Notes under the pieces: generated by a model | The model's database searches: none | What the model was told of the DNA's origin: nothing | Seen by the model: only the letters and a program-made list of their open reading frames with translations | Part shown: positions 1-11,914 of the stretch, one piece after another | Layout: each line of letters begins with the position of its first letter | How positions within the stretch are numbered: the first letter of the stretch is position 1 | Made by a program: the position numbers and the translations under genes | Assembly: GCA_034780895.1 (NCBI GenBank) | Contig: JAUZTB010000062.1 | Location: 21,677,586 to 21,739,507, forward strand | DNA length: 61,922 nt | From: Rhynchobatus australiae | Taxonomy: Eukaryota | Direction: 5' to 3'

Positions 1-277
1 ATCGCCTCATAGCTTATTACATCTTCCTCCCTCCCCCACCCACGTACCTTCCCCCTCTCACCTGAACTCACCTATCCCCTGCCTGTGTATGCTCCTCCCC
101 CTCCCCCCACCTCCCTATTCTGGCTTCTGCCCTCTTCCTTTCCAGTCCTGATGAAGGGTCTCAGCCCAAAATGTCAACTGTTTATTTCCCTCCAAAGATG
201 CTGCCTGATCTGCTGAGTTCCTCCAGCACTTTTGTGTGTTGCTCCAGATTCCAGCATCTGCAGAATCTCTTGTGACT
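1..277 (+). mobile_element. Penelope-like element 3' end/pLTR (pyrimidine-rich UTR, hammerhead motif, GATGCTGCCTGA..CTGCTGAGTTCCTCCAGCA tail)
   Basis: C/T-rich tract at 1-142, hammerhead-like core at 143-180, then the tail shared with copies at 6.4k, 36.5k, 39.9k, 42.7k and 56.5k. Confidence 0.75.
143..180 (+). ncRNA. Minimal type I hammerhead ribozyme motif, CpG-decayed
   Basis: CAGTC-CTGATGA-A-GGGTCTCAGCCC-AAAATGTC-AACTG. Departures from GAAACGTC-GACTG are all CpG-type transitions. Confidence 0.6.
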
Positions 278-459
278 CCAAGGAAATCATAGAACGAATA
301 CAATTAATTGTTGTTTCACTAATACTATTTAAATCAGACAGGTATCTGTGCCCAATAATGTTGACATCTTAATGTCATGTGACCTAAGCCCTGTTTAAGA
401 TTCTTGGAACACAGAGTAGCCATCTCAAAACTGGGTGGGGATACATCTGTGGAATACAA

Positions 460-700
460 TAGCATTGTGGTCAGGTTACTGGAACAACAATCCAAGGACC
501 TGGACTACCGCAGGGGCAACATCTGTGATAATAACTGGGGCATTTAACTTCTGTTAATTAAACAAATATCTAGATTTAAAGCTCAGATCAGTATCACTGA
601 CCACAAAGTCACCTGATTATCACAAAAAAAGTTCAATGACAACCTTTAGGGAAGGAAATCTGTCAATGATACCTGACCTGGCCTTGTTGCCTCTGCAATC
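460..700 (+). mobile_element. Old tRNA-derived SINE (chondrichthyan type), decayed
   Basis: tRNA-like head (GTGGTCAGGTTACTGGA..AATCCAAGG) and body ending CCTTTAGGGAAGGAAATCTG..CTGACCTGGCC, resembling a common shark SINE. Recognised from memory. Confidence 0.5.
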
Positions 701-3700
701 CTACAATATTAATAAATTTTTAAAAATATTTAATGCTGAACATTTTCCTTGCAATGGCATGCATAGTTGTTGTAAAAAACAGACTTTTGGTGAATGTCAA
801 GCTCCCTGTAAAATATAGGAAAACCTACAGAATATTGAATTGAAAGCTTGCCACATGGAACATCATACTGTCNNNNNNNNNNNNNNNNNCTAATGCCCCG
901 TTCAGCTGAGATTAATTTCAACTCGTTTGTCTCACCTTTAACTAAAACCAATCAAAGCCATCATTTATAACCCTCTCTGTGACCGGGTGTGTGAAGGTTT
1001 TCTGGACATACTAATTAAGTGTAAAAGGCTTTGTAGTACTGTGTTGGAAGGCTGCAGATGTGTAAATGAGCTGAAACATGGACTGAGGAATGTCAGTTTT
1101 ATAATGAAGTGTAAATGTGACATTTGTGAAATCAGTATGCTTTACATACCTGCTTTACAGTCAATAGGAATGAAAGGAATATTCTGATGCTCCTTTCATG
1201 TTCAATTTCAAAAGAAATTAAGGTGAGAAATAATATTTATTCATTTCATCGCTTATTTGAAAGCATCCTGCTGCCAATTTTGTTGTGTACTTATAAACAG
1301 TACGTAGTTGAGGACTGACTAATGGATGATGAATTCTGCTGATTTCATGCACATATGATCAATAATATGCTGAATAATTTGATTTTCTTCAAAGCATATA
1401 TGTGTACTTGCACTTTAGTTGCATCAGCTGCTAGATTAGAAAGACATGCTCAGTGAAATTTCATTTTGACCCAGTGTTGATTAGCAACACCTTCACTGTT
1501 GAGTGGTAAAGATGATGCATGGAAGTGGGGGGTGATGTGTCACATGACAGCTAGAGAAAAGCTTTATTGGCAGTTCTGGAGTACCTTGGAGTTTGGACAG
1601 ACATCCCTTTTCCTCATGGCTCCATATAAATCTCAAAATGTGTTTTTATTTTGGTGGCCACAGTTTGGCTGCAACAGCTGCTGAGGATCTGTGAGTAGAG
1701 TGAGACCAATGCCTGTTTCACAGACTATCAGCCAGCAGAGAGACCTGAAAGAGGTATTTTTGCCCTTTGCAAAAGGCTAACATCTAATAAAGCAGATTAC
1801 AACCACAGGTTATCTTTATATTCCAGAGGATTGAAATAATAATTGGTTGTGGAAGGTGAGAGCATGGTCCTAAAATGCAAATCTGTCATTATTTCCATTN
1901 NNNNNNNNNNTGTTATAAAGTTCCTGCAGCATAGAATATTAGACAAAATGCATACTCAGCCATACAAAGAAAGGCACTTAAAACCTCATAAAATGTTGAG
2001 TATAATAGTTAGAGCAAAGATCTTACACCATCTGTTAGGGGAACAGGTATAAAAATTGTACAACCCACCCTTTGAAGTTCACAAATAATTCATTCATTTG
2101 TCTTCAATGCTCTGTGAATGCCTTTCACTGAACATGCTTTTATTTTGTCTTATTCTTAACATTATGCTGTCACATTGCATTAAACTGCAGGCCTTCCAGT
2201 ATACTTATGCACATTAGACAGGTACTCAAAAAAATGTCCTGGCTAAAAAAAAAGGAGCATTTTCTTGTTCCAACTCATATGTAGGACATTGCAGTAATTG
2301 TGTTGTACTATGAATAAATTATGAAAATTCAAGTAGGTGGTGAATTTCAAGGCAGTAATATTAATTTTAAATGAACTACCCCACCCCTTCAACATAACAT
2401 CATCTGTTACGAAAATTTAACAGTGCCATTTTATATTGCAATGCCTAGAGATTTAAGTTAAAAAGCAGAGATTTGACACAAGGTTGTGTTCGTTATTTTT
2501 AATACTGTGCAGAAGTCATTTTCCATCCGAGATCATCAAGCAACCATCAGCTGCAGCCCTGATGAGGTTGGACAAGCAGCAGTCGACACTATTAATAACC
2601 TTGTTGGAAAGGGCAGGAAACCCTTGAGATTGCTTTTACAGCAACTCACTTTCTGATATCCCCAAGTGTACAGTTCAAGGATAGAGAAAGGGAAAATGAG
2701 GAGGTATGCCAGATGACTTCATTACATTAGAGAGTATCAAGAGGCCACAATAGTTCACTGATTCCATGTGGGATGCCATCTCATTCTGAATGACTCTTAG
2801 TTACAATTTAGTCTGGAAGTCAAAGTGAATAATAACTTCCTGTGTACTTTCTCATTTACTGTTGCATCTGAAGATTTCTCATGCTATGTGCCTTATGAGC
2901 TACGTGTTTTTTGTGGATTCCTTTTGTGGACAACCAAGAAAGTCCTTTTGCATATCATGCCTACAAATACATGAATCACAAGCTGCGCCCTCTTTATTCA
3001 AGGACTCCGCAATGGAATGTCAATCTCGAATTTTCTATAAACATAGTTGCAGCCGAGAGAACAGTTAATCACATAGCATGAAGCTTTTATATATGGCAGC
3101 CTAAAGCAACAATTCTTGATCCCAGCCACTATTGCATGCACTACATATGCTAACACACGTATGACAGGTAAGCTCCAATCTGCATCTTTAAAATTGACAT
3201 TTAACCCACACATAACCAAGCAAACTTTATATAAGTTGTTAGAAAAATAAAAATTATTTGCTCTTACCATTAAAGTATTTAATATCACTCATTTGTTGAT
3301 CTCTTTACTGAATGGATAGATGACCAAAAACTCCGGCCTGGAAACTTTTATGTACGGATCATTTTTTGTTACAAATGCACGAGATACAAGGAGTTCAAAT
3401 AAGTGCATGTTCTTTATACAAGGGCACCTCACAAATTGCCTCTCTGGAACTTCCTAGAAACANNNNNNNNNNCTTTCTTAACAATTATAAATTGGAGCTC
3501 CACAGTGTAACCTACAACCGTCATGGAATAGACACAGTAAAACCAGGAACACGTCATGTTACTTTGTTGGTTTTCTCTCCAGAACACCCTGATGACATCA
3601 GGAGACTTTACTGGGCAGATTCAATACTAACTACAGACTGTTCAAACACCTCCCAAACTCCAAAGAAGGTGCTAAACTAAGAGTGCTTTCTCAAACATTT

Positions 3701-4620
3701 AACTGCTGACATGTGCCTCAGCAACTTTTCTGACTGAGGCAGGGTCTATTGCAATGTCAGCAGCTACCATACCAGTGTGGCTTATCATTGCAAAATGAAA
3801 GATGATATTTCCTCTGAACGAGGGTGCATTTCAACAGTGTCAGTGTGCTCAGAATCAATTATCAATGACAAAAACAATCAACAGGTGCTCTCTGTCCAAT
3901 TCCTTGCTGTCTTTGTCTAAATTGAGATAATGAAAGTATGTGTGCATGGAGGCGAAAAAGAGCGAGAATGGGAGAGTGGGACCATGCGTGAGATTGAGAA
4001 GAGTGTGAGATAACAAGTGCATGTGCAAGAGAAAGATAAAATGAGAGTGAGGTAATGAGAGTAAATACAAGACTGAAGATAAGGGTGTGTGGTTTAAGTA
4101 GCTGCGTGAAAGAGCAGAATTTCTGTTGACCTAGATACCCTTGTGGCCACCTCCTGCCACTCTATTTCAATTGTGACACTTGTGGGTTGCCTGCCCACTT
4201 CCCAATATGCAGGGGACATCCCTACTGGCCTTTTTTTCTTGTACTAAGACATCTATGTCCCTTTGAGTAAACCTTGGAGCCATCACTCTCTCCCCTACAT
4301 ATGTAGGCCTCCCTCTCCTCCATGACAGCTACAGTGTGTGTTGCTGACCAGCTGTCATGGAGAGTGTACCTAAAGCCTTTTCAGCAAATTTGATGACTTT
4401 CTACCATATTCTGATTGGATGTTAGTGCTTTATGCAGTGCAGGTCTAGTGTACCAAAAGAAAGGCAATATCTAATTTTCAGAGAACACAGTCAAACTAAA
4501 TTGATCTCACTCTTCATGTTCTCAGAGCTGTTGACAACATTAAGCCAAAGTCAATGCCAATGAGCAAAATAAATAAACCAATAAATCATCTAACCAGAGT
4601 CTATTTCATTGCTGTTATAT

Positions 4621-5067
4621 TGTTACGGACTAGGTTACAATTAGTGAGGTTACTTTAAGATAGTGTGTGTGTGTGTGTGTGGTGCTTACGTCAACAGAAG
4701 ACAAAGAACGTCATGATGTTGTTGTTGCAACAACCAGTCAGAGTCAGTTTGAAGGAGAGACACACAGAAGAACAAGAGAGAGGAAGAGAGACACCAGCCT
4801 GCTTGTTTTCGCTATCAATGGATGAGAAACAATAACTGTGACTGTCACTGCAATCCATGTATGGATTGTTGAGAGTAATCCAGTGGAGTTCACTNNNNNN
4901 NNNNNNNNNNNNNNNNNNNNNNNNNNNNNNNNNNNNNNNNNNNNNNNNNNNNNNNNNNNNNNNNNNNNNNNNNNNNNNNNNNNNNNNNNNNNNNGTAGTT
5001 ATTAATAAAGTAGTTTTTAACACGTATACATGTCTCGGTGTGTTTCTGTTGTTGCTGGTACGTAACA
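4621..5067 (+). mobile_element. Solo LTR of an LTR retrotransposon (probably Gypsy-type)
   Basis: Perfect 7-bp terminal inverted repeats TGTTACG...CGTAACA (TG..CA). 4-bp TSD ATAT at 4617-4620 and 5068-5071. AATAAA near 5004. Contains an N gap. Confidence 0.8.
4663..4681. repeat. (GT)n microsatellite inside the solo LTR
   Basis: About 9 consecutive GT units. Confidence 0.9.
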
Positions 5068-5289
5068 ATATGCATGCAAAAGATTTCTATCATCTTTGCC
5101 TCTCTTTGTGAAAAAATATGAAGTAACAATTAATTTAATGAGGTGACTGAAAATGTTTACATTGAATATCTGTTTCTGAATTCTATCCAGAAGTAGAGAG
5201 AGCTCCTTCTTTAGGTTAATAAACAGCTCAACCGGGAATCTCTCCCTTTTAAACAGAACACTGTTTAATCAACACCATTAACTCTCCTC

Positions 5290-5505
5290 CTATCATCTAC
5301 CTACATTTTGGGCAATTTAGAATAGCCATTTAAATTATCAACCAATACATTTCTGGAATGTGGGTGGAAAATAGAGCACCCGGGAGAAACCCGTGCAGTC
5401 ACAGGGAGAATGTGTAAAAACAATATAGGCAGCACCTGGGTCAGGATCAAACCTCGATCACTGGTGCTGTGCACTGGCAGCACTAACCATTGTGCCACGA
5501 TGATG
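5290..5505 (-). mobile_element. V-domain/HE1-type SINE
   Basis: Reverse complement has a tRNA head (GTGGCACAATGGTTAGTGCTGCC..GGTTTGATCC) and the V core TTCTCCCTGTGACTGCACGGGTTTCTCCCGGGTGCTC. Confidence 0.75.
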
Positions 5506-6414
5506 CCTGATGCTTTCAACCAGAACTTCCCCTGGGGGTAAGGGTAGATAGGGTTCCGTTGTACCACAGTGATGGGAGCATAGCCAAGTACTAAAATTTC
5601 CAGGCTTTGCTCAAGGATTGCAGGATCATTAGAAAATAACCACATTTTTGGATAAGAGACCATCTTCAAAAATATCTGCAAACTTGGTACAAAGGATTAG
5701 AAAGTTGTATCATGTAGCTTTTGTGTTATGTTACCAAGATGAGGAATGAAATGATTCACTAAACATAATACAATGTGCATGAGTAAGTACTTATTGGAAT
5801 TTGAATGACATGGTTCCTTACATGCAACGTACCTATGTCCACAGGGTTCTGTGCACATAGTCATTTATGTCAATGGTTGTGCAATACATGTTTGAATCAC
5901 TGTTTCAACATTGGACAATTTGGGGTGGGAGGCTGGGGATGAAGAGAAACAGAATTCACTTGCCCATTAAGAACATTTGATAGCTAGCTGCTTATCCAGC
6001 TGTCAAACATTGACAAATTAGTAGAACATTTAGCTAAAATTAAGTCACCAAGTGTAAAATAGCCACACTAAGCCACAGTCCCTTGCAGGCATTCTTCTCT
6101 NNNNNNNNNNNNNNNNNNNNNNNNNNNNNNNNNNNNNNNNNNNNNNNNNNNNNNNNNNNNNNNNNNNNNNNNNNNNNNNNNNNNNNNNNNNNNNNNNNNN
6201 AGTCCCTTGCAGGCATTCTTCTCTGTTTCAATAAATAATGATGCTCTTCCTGCAGAACTTGCGTTCTGTGTCAGAGCTAAATCAGGAAAATGCAGGCCAA
6301 CAGGTCTGGGACCCTTGCACTCCACTGTATAGGTGCAGGAATCCTAAACTTGGTGGCAATTACACTGGGAAATGTCAGTGGGTCCAAGCAGACTGGACTC
6401 CTATCATAAATCTA

Positions 6415-6553
6415 ATGCAAGGTCCTGAAAAGGGTCCTGACCCACAACGTTGACCACCTGCTTTTCTCCACAGATGCTGCCTGGCCTGCTGAGTTCCTCC
6501 AGCATCACAGTGTTTTTCATCTAGGTTTCAGCAACTGCAGACCTATATTTCCC
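6415..6553 (+). mobile_element. PLE-derived short unit with hammerhead motif (GGTC/GACC stem-I subfamily)
   Basis: GGTC-CTGAAA-A-GGGTCCTGACCC-ACAACGTT-GACC (6421-6455), then the ACAGATGCTGCCTGGCCTGCTGAGTTCCTCCAGCA tail. Same subfamily as 42624-42804. Confidence 0.7.
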
Positions 6554-7689
6554 TAGCATTTGAAAGTTAACCACTACAGAGTTATAAAAGAAAGGATAAG
6601 TACAAATGGTAAACATCATAATTTCTCTCTAGTTCACCTCTCTAAAGTTACCTTAAAATTCTCCAATAAAAATTTAAGTGCTTTCATTTCCACTATCTTA
6701 TTGACAATGTTTTCTTTGTAATCATCACTGTATGCAAAATAATGTTGTAGAATCAGTCCTAAATTTTCCTTTGGGTTTTTTTTAAGACAGTATTCTTTTG
6801 TCCTAGTCTAACAGTTTAGGGTTTAGCAATTTCCTGTATTTACCTTTTACATATCACTTCATATAACCGGCCACCTTTAATTCTCCTCTATCAAAAGTGG
6901 AAACCTGTCCTCAACTCACTTTCAGACCCTAAAGCTCAACCTCACGGAAATGGCTGGAGAGTTTACTATGTTCCCAATAGACTGATTAGACAAATGAAAA
7001 TTATATGTTCACACTGTTTTATGGAACATCATCAAACTATTGTGGTACTCAATATGGCTGCAAGATGTATTTAGAGTTAAATTGTACACCTTATGTACTC
7101 ACCAATTCTATTNNNNNNNNNNNNNNNNNNNNNNNNNNNNNNNNNNNNNNNNNNNNNNNNNNNNNNNNNNNNNNNNNNNNNNNNNNNNNNNNNNNNNNNN
7201 NNNNNNNNNNNNNNNNNNNNNNNNNNNNNNNNNNNNNNNNNNNNNNNNNNNNNNNNNNNNNNNNNNNNNNNNNNNNNNNNNNNNNNNNNNNNNNNNNNNN
7301 NNNNNNNNNNNNNNNNNNNNNNNNNNNNNNNNNNNNNNNNNNNNNNNNNNNNNNNNNNNNNNNNNNNNNNNNNNNNNNNNNNNNNNNNNNNNNNNNNNNN
7401 NNNNNNNNNNNNNNNNNNNNNNNNNNNNNNNNNNNNNNNNNNNNNNNNNNNNNNNNNNNNNNNNNNNNNNNNNNNNNNNNNNNNNNNNNNNNNNNNNNNN
7501 NNNNNNNNNNNNNNNNNNNNNNNNTTCTTGCTTTAAAATCATTGCAAGACATTGTTTTGCTCCCCTATCAACGGGGGCAAAACATGACAGGGGGCACATA
7601 TTAAAATCCATCACTATCCTCACTGCTATTTGGGGTGAGATATTAGCAGGCTGATGCTCAACATAAAACTGAATTTTTTGTATCCCCTT

Positions 7690-9980
7690 TTTGGATATGG
7701 GTGCCACTGGCAAGGCCACAGGATTCATTGCCATCTCTAATTGCCCAAGAGAAGTTGGTGATGAACAAGCATCTCGTGATAGATCAGTAAGCCTGTGATA
7801 GGTAAGTTATTAGAGGGGATTCAGAAGGATAAGATATACAAGCACTTTGAAAGACGGGTTAATTAAGGATAGTCAGCATGCTTTGTGTGTGGGAGATCAT
7901 GTCTCACGAATTTGATTGAGTTCTTTGAAGAAGTAACTAAGAAGGTTGATGAGGGCAGGGCAGTCAATGTGGTCTACATGGACTTCAGTAGGGCCTTTGA
8001 TAAGATTCTGCATGGTAGATTGCTGTAAAAAGTTAGATCACATGGGATCCAGGAAGAGCTAGCAAATTTGATACACAATTGACTCGATGGTAGGAAGCAG
8101 AGGGTGATGGTGGAAGGTTGTTTCTTGGACTGGATGCCCATGACTAGTGGTGTTAACCAGGGCTTCGTGCTAGGCCTATTGTCATTTGTCATATTATATA
8201 TCAATGATTTGGATGAGAATGTACAAGGCATGGTTAGTACATTTGCAGATGATACTAAAATAGATGGTGCTGTTGACAGTGAAGACAGTTATCAGAATTT
8301 ACAGAGGGATCTTGATCAGATGGACGAGTGGGCCGAGGAATGGCAAATATATTTTAATTTAGATGTGCGAGGTGCTGCATTTTGGTAAAAAAAAAATCAG
8401 GATAGAACTTCACAGTGAACGGGAGAGCCCTGGAGAACTTTGCAGAACAGAGGGACCCAGGAGTACAANNNNNNNNNNNNNNNNNNNNNNNNNNNNNNNN
8501 NNNNNNNNNNNNNNNNNNNNNNNNNNNNNNNNNNNNNNNNNNNNNNNNNNNNNNNNNNNNNNNNNNNNNNNNNNNNNNNNNNNNNNNNNNNNNNNNNNNN
8601 NNNNNNNNNNNNNNNNNNNNNNNNNNNNNNNNNNNNNNNNNNNNNNNNNNNNNNNNNNNNNNNNNNNNNNNNNNNNNNNNNNNNNNNNNNNNNNNNNNNN
8701 NNNNNNNNNNNNNNNNNNNNNNNNNNNNNNNNNNNNNNNNNNNNNNNNNNNNNNNNNNNNNNNNNNNNNNNNNNNNNNNNNNNNNNNNNNNNNNNNNNNN
8801 NNNNNNNNNNNNNNNNNNNNNNNNNNNNNNNNNNNNNNNNNNNNNNNNNNNNNNNNNNNNNNNNNNNNNNNNNNNNNNNNNNNNNNNNNNNNNNNNNNNN
8901 NNNNNNNNNNNNNNNNNGTGGTCAGTATATGGAATGAGCTGCCAGAGGAAGTGGTTGAGGCAGGTACATTAACAACATTTAAAAGGTACTTGGATGGGTA
9001 CGTGGATAGGTAAGGTTTAGAGGGATGTGGGCCAAATGCAGGCAAATGGGACTTGCTTAGATGGGAATCTTAGTCAGCATGGACCAGTCGGGTCGAAAGG
9101 CCTGTTTCCATGCCGTATGATTCTCTGCTGAAGTTTTTCTGGTGACTGTACCTCTGTAGTGTTGTTAGATAGAAGGTTCCAGGATTTGGACTCAGCAACG
9201 ATGAATGAATGACAATATATTTCCACATCCGGATGGGAGAAAGGCATACAGGTGGTAGTGTTCCCATGCCCACCCTACCCTTATCCTTCTCGGCAGGAGT
9301 GGTAGTGAGTTCGGGAGCTCCTATGAGAGTAACCAGGATAAGTAAAGGCAGAGTAATTTTTAGATGGAACATACTGCAACCAGGGGAAACTGGTGGAAAT
9401 GCAACCGAAATTTAGGGTGGAGGAGAGTGTAAATCATCCAGGCTGCTTTGTCCTGGATGGTGCTGAGCTTCTTGAACATTTTTCGATCTGCAATCATTCA
9501 AACAATTGAAGCATATCTCATTATGCTTTTGACTACTGCTTTGCAGATGGTGTAAAGGCAAAGGGGTGTCAGAAAATAGTCATTTGCAGCAGGATATCCT
9601 GCTGCTGATCTGCTTTTGTTCCCACAGTATTAATGTGTTTGTTCCAGTTGAGTTTCTTGTCAGGGATGACCTTACCAGCATATTGAGTGAGGTCACGTTG
9701 ATGCTAATATCACTGAATGTCAACGATAAGTGGTTAGACTCTCTCCTGTTGGATATGGTCATTATCTGAAACATTATGTGATATGAATGTTACTTGTCAC
9801 TTTTCAGCCTCTGCCTAAGTGATACCGAGCTGCACGCAGGCTTGGACAGCTTTATTTTACGGTAATAGAATTAGATATTGGACAACATCAGCACAGATCC
9901 CCACTTATAATAGAAGGAAGGTCATTGACAAAGCTGCTGAAGATGGTTGAGTCTTGGATACCACCCTGAGGAACTCTTGT
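7690..9980 (-). mobile_element. Older CR1-group LINE 3' portion, split by a younger CR1 insertion
   Basis: 3' tail at 7690-7775 resumes at about 9126. Reverse complement near 9920-9975 gives an RT-like VPQG-G..STIFSSFVNDLP segment. A 3' fragment of the same family lies at 10500-10660 (+). Confidence 0.6.
7785..9125 (+). mobile_element. CR1/HER1 LINE, 5'-truncated ORF2 RT plus 3' tail (pseudogenised)
   Basis: Translates VYMDFSRAFDKILH, SGVNQGFVLGLL..YINDLD, FADDTKI and VVSIWNELPEEVVEAGTLTTFKRYLD. Tail GGGTCGAAAGGCCTGTTTCCATGCCGTATGA. In-frame stops present. Confidence 0.9.
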
Positions 9981-10879
9981 AGTGTGTACCATTGTATCTA
10001 CCCTTTACAGTCATAACAGTGGTACAAGATATTGGTGCATTTCAAAATGCATGATTCTGTTGCTACTGTTGATTGGAATGTGCTTCAGAAGTCAAAGCAC
10101 ATTGTGCAGACATGTTAAGAAGACCTGTAATTTATCAAAGTTAAAATAACAGAGAAATAAGAATGGGAGTGTGCTTGGACCAGGAACCCTGACAATGATC
10201 CTAACAATAACAGTATGAACTATGGACACAATGACAATTATTTCAATCAGCAACATCACAACCATATGTGGTTCAGATGCAGAATGCTGAGGAATTGGGC
10301 AAAAGGTCTGGATGGAAACTAGACCTCAGGCGATGTAGTGCAGAGACCCTGCTCTTGGAACACCTTAATAGACCTTGCATCCTTTCAAAGTTGCAAGGCA
10401 TTTTAGTAAGCTTCAAATGCTTCTGACCAGGAGCAACTGGATCAGCACACATCAGAGGCTGGAACACAGATACAAGGAAAGAACATGACTTTCAGATGCC
10501 TAAACCATACACCACTCTGACTTGGAAACACTCATCACTGTTCCCTCATTTGCTGGGTCCAAATCCTGAAACTCTTTACCTAGCAGAGTACCTTCACTAC
10601 TAATACTGATAGAATACCCACACTATAAGTAATGCAGTGGTTCAAGATGGCACATCTTCACTATCTTGATGTCCTTGTTATGAAAGAAAAAGTGATGACT
10701 GACTGGCCAGGAAAGCTTTGGAATAGTTGTCTAGTGATAATAAAAGTATAAACAAGGTTCAGCAGCCAGTAAGTCAAAGAAGGGCAAGCACAGGTGATGC
10801 TGTGTAGGTAGAAATAGGCAGCCTGCCTGAATAATGGAACCAAGCAAGAGCAGTTCTGCCCAGCTGGGCAATGGAAGAG

Positions 10880-11130
10880 AGTGTTCAACTATGTTGAAAT
10901 CTGCTGATAGGACAAGAAAAATAAGTGAGGGTTATTTACTGATCAAGATCACAAAAAATATTAGTCGTGGCTCTCATAAGACCCCTTTTAGTGCAGAGTC
11001 AAGGTCAAAAATTAAATTGGAGGGATTTAATCAGAATTGAGGGAAAAGTGAGAACAGATCTAGATGACCACCTGCTCAAAAATCTTAGATAGGAAAGGAA
11101 GTTAGAGAGAAGACAGTAACTTGGAAAGAT
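10880..11130 (-). mobile_element. L2 LINE RT fragment, very decayed
   Basis: Purine-rich segment (GATAGGAAAGGAAGTTAGAGA..CAGTAA) resembles the reverse strand of the L2 RT NYRPISNLPFLSK region. Confidence 0.4.
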
Positions 11131-11914
11131 TTTGCAATCAAATGTGAGTTCTGCCTGTGTATGCTATTTTATTCTCATGCTGCATCAACAATCTGGCTCC
11201 CACCACTATTCACCAACCTTTGGTGCCCATCATTCTCTCATTCAGATTCCCTACTTGAAACTAATTCTCTCTCTTCTGTTTTGATAATATTCTCAAAGCT
11301 TATATTTTTTCCAAGCCTTCAATTACCTCTCAGTTATCCATTCCCTCATCTAAGCCTCATACTATTCTATGAAGCAAATTAGGATGCTATGTATGTTCAT
11401 AGTGAAGTCTCAGGTTCCAGCTGGGCACATGCACAACTGTATTTATATTGAGGGTGCCAGGCCTTTCAGTTGTGTGACCTTTTGAGTAATTCTAGCAGGT
11501 TTTAAAATTTCTTCCTGTATTGACTCTAAATTTTAAGAGGTGTTCATAAATTATAAAACACAGATGTAAAATTTCGTAAAATATGCTGTACTAAATACAG
11601 TTATGCTGTGAAATATCATAAACTTAAAAAAAATATACATTTGCTCGTACATATATTTCAAAGAATAAAGTTGTCATCCTCAGTTGAAATTGTACATTAC
11701 TGGCAAACAGATATATGACCGAATCCGATCATCACAAGGCTGAAGTGTTTTAAATAATGACAATGACATGAATAACTCCAGAGCTCCTTCTTCCCTCCCA
11801 CATTTGCTTTGGGCTCAACAGAAATGAATTCAATTGTGGTTTTTAATATAACCCAGATTATTTATGGCCACTTGCAATGCACAGAAGAATTATCACCCTG
11901 TACACCACATGACT

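Noticed and set aside
1326-1373. Box C (ATGATGA) and box D (CTGA) arrangement suggesting a C/D snoRNA
   Set aside because: Too short (~48 nt), no terminal stem and no recognisable guide.
3501-3545. CACAGTG heptamers (also 5566, 20750, 59887) as possible V(D)J recombination signals
   Set aside because: No ACAAAAACC-like nonamer at 12 or 23 bp spacing and no V/J coding segments.
6078-6224. Direct repeats flanking 100-N gaps (also 21916/22026, 34298/34405, 47260/47376)
   Set aside because: Identical sequence on both sides of fixed-size gaps indicates unmerged contig overlaps, not biological duplications.
7005-7734. Long ORFs of 150-240 aa in the ORF track (also at 8.4k, 54k, 56.5k, 59k)
   Set aside because: Their length comes from N runs translated as X. 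There is no coding evidence beyond LINE remnants.
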